64,000 bases of DNA from Eledone cirrhosa (Eukaryota). How positions within the stretch are numbered: position 1 is the stretch's first letter; each line of letters starts with the position of its first letter. Positions 56,373-64,000 of this stretch are shown one piece after another. Below the pieces are notes generated by a model. The model was not told where the DNA came from. It did no database searches and worked only from the letters and a program-made list of their open reading frames with translations. Where the stretch lies: NCBI GenBank assembly GCA_964016885.1, contig OZ024740.1:387934001-387998000 (forward strand), read 5' to 3'. The translations under genes and the position numbers were made by a program.

Positions 56373-56640
56373 GTTTGGCGTGAGTAACATAATTATGTTA
56401 CTCACGCCAGACTGCTGTCGAATCCAGGTGCTGCTTTTCCTATCACGTAAGATGACACCGAACATGATTCGCTCAATTTTATGTTGGGCCACTGCAAGAG
56501 TCTCTGTAGAGGTGGTGTTGAATGTCCACGCCTCTTTTCCATAAATCATCACCGACCGAACATATTCGTTAAACACCTTTCTTTTGTTTTCGACACTTGA
56601 CTTGGGACTTCTAATGATGTTATAAAAGTCTACCAGCCAA
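56372..56640 (-). mobile_element. RTE-type LINE fragment with terminal hairpin, abutting the transposase
   Basis: KRKVFNEYVRSVMIYGKEAW......LAVAQHKIERIMFGVILRDRKSSTWIRQQSGV. Confidence 0.8.
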
Positions 56641-57884
56641 GCACAATGCTTCTTTTGACCTTCGGGAGTAAGACACCTTCTCTGGCAATCCTGTATAACT
56701 GTCTACTTTCCCGATGGTTTAGCATGGCTGTTTTCCCAATGCGATTAATAAGGCGTGGAAGACGTTGCCACAACACCTCACGCAGAGCATCGAAGATGCA
56801 CTTTCTGAGATGCCCTTTCAGAGACTATTCTACCACAGGAATTAACAGCCAAAAGAGTACAAAACCAATATGCGTGAGAGTAATTTGAGGTAATACGTAT
56901 TTCTGTGGTGGAAATATTGACATGGCGTGTTCAGACAGCATTGTAGGTAATACATGTTTTGTGTAATACACTAGTTAGGCAATACAAGCTAGTAATATGG
57001 AATCCGTCTATTGCCGACGTTGCTATAGTTATATTAAATGTTCGTCAGTATTCTTTTTCCTCTGCGTTTGGAAACATCTCACACCTTTTCCTCACAATGT
57101 TATGTTTATGCCAGTAGTGTCTCAATCCATTTCCTTCTCTAGCAACTTTGTCATTGTTAAGTAATGTTTTTCTTCAATCATGTGTTTTCATATGACATGA
57201 ATGGGAGCTGGGGTACATTTGATGAAATAAAACTATCGCAATTTTATGTAATGCGAGATCAATGTTTGTAGTGTGCGGTTGGTTGGTACGATGACAAAAT
57301 ATCACTAGGTTAGTATTGAAACAAATTATGGAGTGCTCTCTGTGACGTTGGAGAAATATATTTTAAGGAAGCTACACATATAAAAGAATGTAAACCTAAA
57401 CTTAATAGAGAGAATGGTTGCAATAGCAACTTCCCTATAACCTAGCCACTCGCCAGAATAATTCTATAAGGAAGCACAGAGAACATAAGTCTTCCCACAT
57501 CCTTAAAATCAAAAATATAATAAAACTACATTAGTGACGGGTGAGAGAGACATGTGGAAAAACGAACCAAAACTTAAAGACAGAATATACACTTTTGCAT
57601 GCACGTGACAAATAGAAGCTTAGGGAATTAGCAGCAGGCAAAGATACACACACTCGCAGACACTAACACATGCATACACAGAACACATACACACCACAAA
57701 AAGGGAAGATGAAGTAAATAGAACTAGTTCACAATAGATAGGAAACAGAAAGAAGGGAGAACAGTCATTGAGAACATCACAGGATGTGTGACGAAGCAAC
57801 TTTCACACTTAACAAATAAACAACCAAATAGTTATTATACTAACCGATGAGTGGATTAATTATTTCCCAAAGTGTATTAATATA

Positions 57885-58194
57885 CAGTTGCCCCTCAGTA
57901 TTCTCGGGAGTTATGTTCCTAAAGCACCCGCGAAGAGTGAAAACCCGTGAATATTGGACGTGGTTCATAAAATGCCTATAAACGCCAAAACATAAGGTAA
58001 AATATAGGCCGGTAAATGCGGTATATTATTATTACAAAATTATTAAAAAGCGTGAAAGATATATATTTCATGAAAAAAAAGAACATTAAAAATTCACGGA
58101 AGATATTTACGATTCCACGAACAATTAGGTTCTGAGGGAAATTTCGATAATAGCTGGGACCGCGAATTTCAGGGTCGCGAATGCCGGGGGTACA

Positions 58195-58197
<3 letters not shown>
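57885..58197. mobile_element. Tc1/mariner/pogo-type MITE (TA target)
   Basis: TA|CAGTTGCCCCTCAGTATTCTCG ... CGCGAATGCCGGGGGTACACTG|TA, imperfect TIRs. Confidence 0.65.
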
Positions 58198-58232
<35 letters not shown>

Positions 58233-58240
58233 TGTACCTG

Positions 58241-58289
58241 GGGTTCCTGAGGATTTCTCCCGAATGAAAGTTATAGTCCTGTAGAAGCC
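58241..58289 (+). ncRNA. Degenerate hammerhead (family of 10697-10747)
   Basis: GGGTTC-CTGAGGA-tttctcccgaat-GAAA-gttatagtcctg-TA-GAAGCC; stem III partly deleted. Confidence 0.55.
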
Positions 58290-59394
58290 ATTTCTATATT
58301 AAATATCTATACTCTGCTATGTATTGAGTATCTTACTTACTGTGGTTACCCCCGATTGAACCCGGGATAAACTTATACACACACACACATGTACACACAC
58401 ATACGCGCACACAAACACACCCACACACACACGCACGCACACACACACATATATATATATAATAGATCATATATTTTACGCGTACCAAATCAAATTACTT
58501 GATAAATATGATGGAGATTATATTTTGGTTGAACTTCGTAGTTCTATTTCAACATATGATATGTTTTTTTTAGATAACATTAAGACAAATGTACGTGAAA
58601 AGTATTTTTTATTATACATGTTTTAGGAAAAACTGTCCTACAATATCAAATAAATCTTTCGTTATCTCCCTCATCACCAATTTCTCCTGGAGACGTTGAT
58701 CTACAGATAGTCAAACTTAACACGAACCATATATATATCCCCAGTCTCATAGTTACCGGCCTTTCATGCTTAATAACCTATAAAATAACGTGAGTCAATA
58801 AGAGAGCACTTGTACGATATTGCATCGTACAAGTATTTCCGTTAAATCTCATTTCAGTGAAGATAGAAACATTTGATGTGTCATGCAATAACTGATATAC
58901 AATCCAACTGGTTTATTGCGAAGAGAACACCTTAATGTTCAGAGCTGTCTTAAAACTAAATAACAAAACAACCATAACAAAATTATGTATAAATTTCCCA
59001 AGATATCCCAAACCATATCACACCACTAACCTCTGTTACAATGCATTGAGGAATTTAAAACTTGTCGCAAATATGGAATATTTGTGTGTTAATAAGAATA
59101 AAATAGTAATAATACTGAATAGAAAATGTTTTCTTCATTCATATTATTGTATATCTTAATATTTGTTAGTGATTCGAAATATTTCAACATATTTGATAAC
59201 CTATAAAGTGTTGTATCCAAACCAGCTCTTATTCTTTATCTCCTACTATCAATTAGATTTTACCGATTACATTTCTCAAACTCTAAAGCAGTACAAAGCA
59301 GCTTACGGAATATGAAATCTCTTGTTTTTAATTATATTTAAAAATATTGTTTTCAATATAGCAAGTACTTATTCTAAATATAAGCAACATTATT

Positions 59395-59425
<31 letters not shown>

Positions 59426-59508
59426 ACACAATCACATGAAAAACACAATCTCTCTCACACACACACACACACATTCACACAATCACATGCAAAACACAAT
59501 CTCTCTCT

Positions 59509-59561
<53 letters not shown>

Positions 59562-60466
59562 ATATATATATCTGTACGTGTATGTGTGTTTGTGTATGTG
59601 TGTGTGTGTGTTCTCTTGTGTGTGTATGCCAGTATCCTTTCCCCCAAATCAATGAGGATAATGAGAAAATAGTCTACTACTCTTCGCTAATAAACCCACT
59701 TTTTTTTCATACAATTTAATCCAGTAAATTGTAGACAGGAAAACCTCAGAAATTTCTCTGCATCTACTTTCCACCTAGTGTAAATGATCAGCGAATCAAT
59801 CATACAAATCTATTTAATAGCTAAGCTGGCCAAATAATCATCTAATAATGGTTCTTTTTCAGGTTTGATTTAAGCCGATTTTTCGTTCGATATTGTTGAC
59901 AGCTTGCTATGTTTCCACGAATCAATTGTAGACATCAGTTCTCCTTCTAACATTGATATAATTTCTTAACTGAACTAATGTCTCTGGCTAAAGTTTTCGT
60001 TTGGTTTCTCATTCTGCCATTTTCCTTCGCACACAACCATACACACCCTCGCTCATACTGCCTTTCTCCGCTTTTGTTTTACTAATTTCAATATCCCTCG
60101 TGTCTCCCTAATTGACACTCTTCTATTTCCTATATTTATCTTCAGTCCTCACGTATTTTCAATAGTAATCACGTTAATATTAATTTGTTGCAATATTTAC
60201 TGACATGATGTTTCTGAAATTAAAATTCACCTTCGTAGAAACATTCAACGCAAATAATTAAGGACGACAAAAAGTCTGCAATTATATCGACTGTCCTGCA
60301 GGATAAAAAAAAGACTCAAATATTATGAGGTTTAAGGACCAATAACATCACTGCTTGATCTGTTTTAGTTTTTCTTCATTTATGCACACACATACATACA
60401 GAAGGGTAATCACACACATGAGTACACACACACACAATCACACACACGCATAGATACATTCTGACA

Positions 60467-60558
<92 letters not shown>

Positions 60559-60561
60559 CAC

Positions 60562-60640
<79 letters not shown>

Positions 60641-61178
60641 TGTCTGTGCGTGTGAGTGTGTGTGTGTATGTAACTATCTGTGTATATATAGGCCATATAT
60701 ATGAATATGTCCGAAAAGTAACAAATTATCTTTTCTTTTCTTCCAAGATTTAAGCTAATAACATTCTTTCTGTATTGACATATACTTCATACTGTTTTCC
60801 GACTGTTGCTGACCTTATAAATTCACCCCACCCCCACACATATATATATTTATTTATATGACACATCTGTATACATACAAAACGAAGTTGACCGAGATTG
60901 CGTAAATGTCACATAAATTTACTCATTGAGTATCTAGAGATGTAATCCTGTCAACTTATTGTATGTCCCTGTATATTGAAGAACAAAATACAATAAACTC
61001 TTGGAGAAATTTGTCCAGGGACCTTTTAAATATTGTGAGATCGTTTTTGGCTTCATGTATTTTGTGACGATATAAATGAAGGACGGGTGGTTGAAGGGAA
61101 ATATTTGTGTCGTAATGTTTACTAATGTTTAGTAAGATTCTGGCAAATAGTACGAGGACCAACCCATAGCTGTATTAA

Positions 61179-61429
61179 AAGGTTGATGAGAGCATATGTT
61201 TATATATTATGAAAAAGCAGAAAATAAATGCAGCAAGGGCCGATCACTATAAAATAATTGTTTCTACTTTTGGCACAAGGCCAGCAATTATCTTAGTGTA
61301 TTACTGGTATTCTGAGATAATTGCTGGCCTTGTGCCAAAAGTAGAAACAATTATTTTATAGTGGTCGGCCCTTGTTGCATTTATTTTCTGCGTTTTCATA
61401 ATATATAAACATAAGCTCTCATCAACCTT
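61179..61429. repeat. ~115-bp inverted duplication that includes the SINE 3' end
   Basis: 61179-61293 versus 61315-61429, with a few mismatches. Confidence 0.88.
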
Positions 61430-61837
61430 ATGTTATATGGGGAAATATTTATAGAGAAAGAATAAAAAAGATCGACTGCCGCTACGAAGAATCAAACTCC
61501 GTATGACGGTCGGCTGAAACGTTCATAGGCTGACTATGAAAGAGTGATGCGAGAGCTGTGAAATCTTGCATGCACCAATTTCAACTCTTATTAATATAGA
61601 AGAAGAAGAAGAAGAAGAAGAAGAAGAAGAAGGATGAGAGGATAAGCTTTCCTCACCAAACGCTTTATCATTCTCTAAGCAGGAAGCATTGTAAAGCTAC
61701 ATAGTAAGTCATTAAACTATGGAACATTTAAATATTGTCTATAAATTTTTAGTATGTAAAGAATAATAAAATGCATTCTTCCAGAAAATTTGACAGTATA
61801 ATCGACTGTTTGTGCGAGTGCGATTTTATTGTTTGCT

Positions 61838-61926
<89 letters not shown>

Positions 61927-61951
61927 ATGTGTGCGTGTGTGTGTGTGTGTG

Positions 61952-61998
<47 letters not shown>

Positions 61999-62689
61999 AC
62001 TGTAAGTTTAGAAGTACGTGTTCCTTCACATTTACGTGAAGAGGGATTATATTGTTTATGTTTTTTTCAAAGTTTCATGGAGAAAAACTTGCCGGTGTGA
62101 AATTAAGTTTTAGAGAAAAAAACTGCAGAAAGACGGAAGAAACGGAAAAGAACAGACGAAAGAAGAGAAAAAATAAGTAAAACAGAAAAAAAATATAAAC
62201 AGGAAAGAGAAAAATAGAATAATTGTAGACTATTCGCACATCTCATTTATCTGAGATTACAGGGAAAAATTTATTCGTACTTAAGATAATGAAAAATATG
62301 AAGTATTAGATTGCTTTTTCTTTTTGTCATTGTAATATATTTCTAACGTGAGAAGATAAGTCACGTATTGTATTTTTTCAAATTAATAACACACTTAGAT
62401 ATATTACAAGTAGTTTATACCAATTAAATATTGAAAGGTAAAATAAGAATTATTTTTTATTTTTATAGCATACTAGGACCGAAACACAAAGGACAATGCA
62501 AGGACAGTCGATGTCTACATAAAAAAGTGTCAAAAAAAGAAAACAGTTAGCATTCAAAAATTAGATTAATATCAGAATTTCTCAATAAGCGGGGGACATC
62601 ACCCAGAAGTAGTTTAGCAACATCCCCATATCAGAAATCACTCTAATCTCCATGAGTAATGTAGGAATGAACTCCCTTTTTCTCTGAAC

Positions 62690-63355
62690 TCTACAGTCGC
62701 ATGCTCAATGTACGCCCAGTCACTCGAGCCATCCTCTCAATATTCTACCATTTCTTAACAAATGTAGTGGAGTGGGGAGGGGGAAGCACTTCTCTCAACA
62801 TCCTCATCTTCCTTTTCAAGTGGAATCTGAAAAGGTCGATGAGAGCTTTGCCGAAGAGGAATCTGCCTATCTTCAGTCCTTTCAGTCACTCACGTTCATC
62901 ACTCGACCTCTTTCGGTACAGCCACAAGACAGAAGAAAACTGTCTACTCACCCATGCCAAAATACCGGCGGGTCAATCATCATAATGGAATCGGCCAACA
63001 TGCGATCATAGCTGTTTCATAAACCTCCGCGTCAGCAATGCATGAAGGCTGGACAAGTGGGTGCAGAAGAGTTTTATTAATCTGCGTTGATTTCCAAGAG
63101 GTACATCTGACAGCACTTCCGTGCAGTTGAGTTTGTCTCGAACCGGCTCGAACAGTCATGCCTGGATATTGACCATAGTTCCCTGTCCGAAATATCTCTG
63201 GAATAAACTGGTTAGTTTGTTCTAGTCGATGCCCGGAGTCTCTCCGAAAATTCCGTCCACTTGCCCACCACTAGTTTTATCTCGATTGGTAGAGGGCTTT
63301 GAGAGCTTGACAACATTCCAGATGCCAAGCGCCTAGTCTCAGTCTTCTCTTGAGA
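62690..63355 (-). mobile_element. 3' end of a LINE ORF2 (probably Tx1/L1-like), decayed
   Basis: - strand frame ..GLKIGRFLFGKALIDLFRFHLKRKMRMLREVL..FVKKW.NIERMARVTGRTLSMRL*. Confidence 0.55.
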
Positions 63356-63379
63356 CATCACTACGTCTCAATCGTCTTG

Positions 63380-63515
63380 ACCCCAGTGCATTACTAGTAC
63401 TTTATTTTATCGACCCCGTAAGGATGAAACGTAAAGCTAACCTCGGCGGGATTTGAACTCATAACTATATGTCTCAAAGCATAGTGTCCGACGCTCTACC
63501 GATACTGCCAAACCA
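63380..63515 (-). mobile_element. tRNA-derived SINE copy
   Basis: Matches 30549-30735. Confidence 0.82.
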
Positions 63516-64000
63516 CTTCCCCTAAAAATGGTCAATAATGATAAAGTAAGGTATGGCATTAGGTACAATCATGAAGTAACCAAGGTTATGTATGAGCAAT
63601 TAATATAAGTTCGAATGGAAAAAATAGTACGAAATTAGTTATGTTAAAGACATCCAAGTTAATCGAATTTTGGTTCAAAGTTTTAAATTATTTTCGGTAT
63701 TGGTAACTAATTCATTTAATAGGTATGACAATTGGTTGTCAGGCGTAGGAGAAATTTGGCTTGTGGGGGTTAAAATATTACTATAAATGTGTGTTGCAAG
63801 ATTATGACGGGCAAATTAGTTATTTCTGTCATAGTTTTGGTATAACAAGCTTGCTGTATCAAATATGTAGCTACGATTAATGTGTCGTGTACAGTGAAGT
63901 GGAGTATTTGAGGGTTGATCTAAATTTATCGCAATATAATTAGACTGAAAGCCAACATAAATTCAGCAAATTCCTTGTTACACCAAACACATCATTCTTA

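Overview
AT-rich, microsatellite-saturated eukaryotic (animal) DNA with no recognisable host gene. The repeat content (tRNA-derived SINE with a Meta/Sauria-like core, Tx1-, RTE- and R4/Dong-type LINEs, long (TA)n/(CA)n tracts) suggests an invertebrate, possibly a cephalopod; this is an inference. Most ORFs in the track are microsatellite artefacts. Real coding sequence is all transposon-derived: a near-complete Naiad-type Penelope-like element (PLE; RT + GIY-YIG, 2762-6152), three more PLE fragments, a decayed Helitron, a Tx1/L1-like LINE, a Chapaev-like transposase, and mariner, RTE and R4/Dong fragments. The main hidden signal is non-coding. I read about 18 type-I hammerhead ribozyme (HHR) motifs from about 9 unrelated sequence families. 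They sit in PLE tails, in fold-back palindromes, in ORF-less 434/481-nt partially tandem units (retrozyme-like) and in ~1-kb HHR-bounded units that carry their own compound microsatellites. All RNA structures were folded by eye and none was computed.
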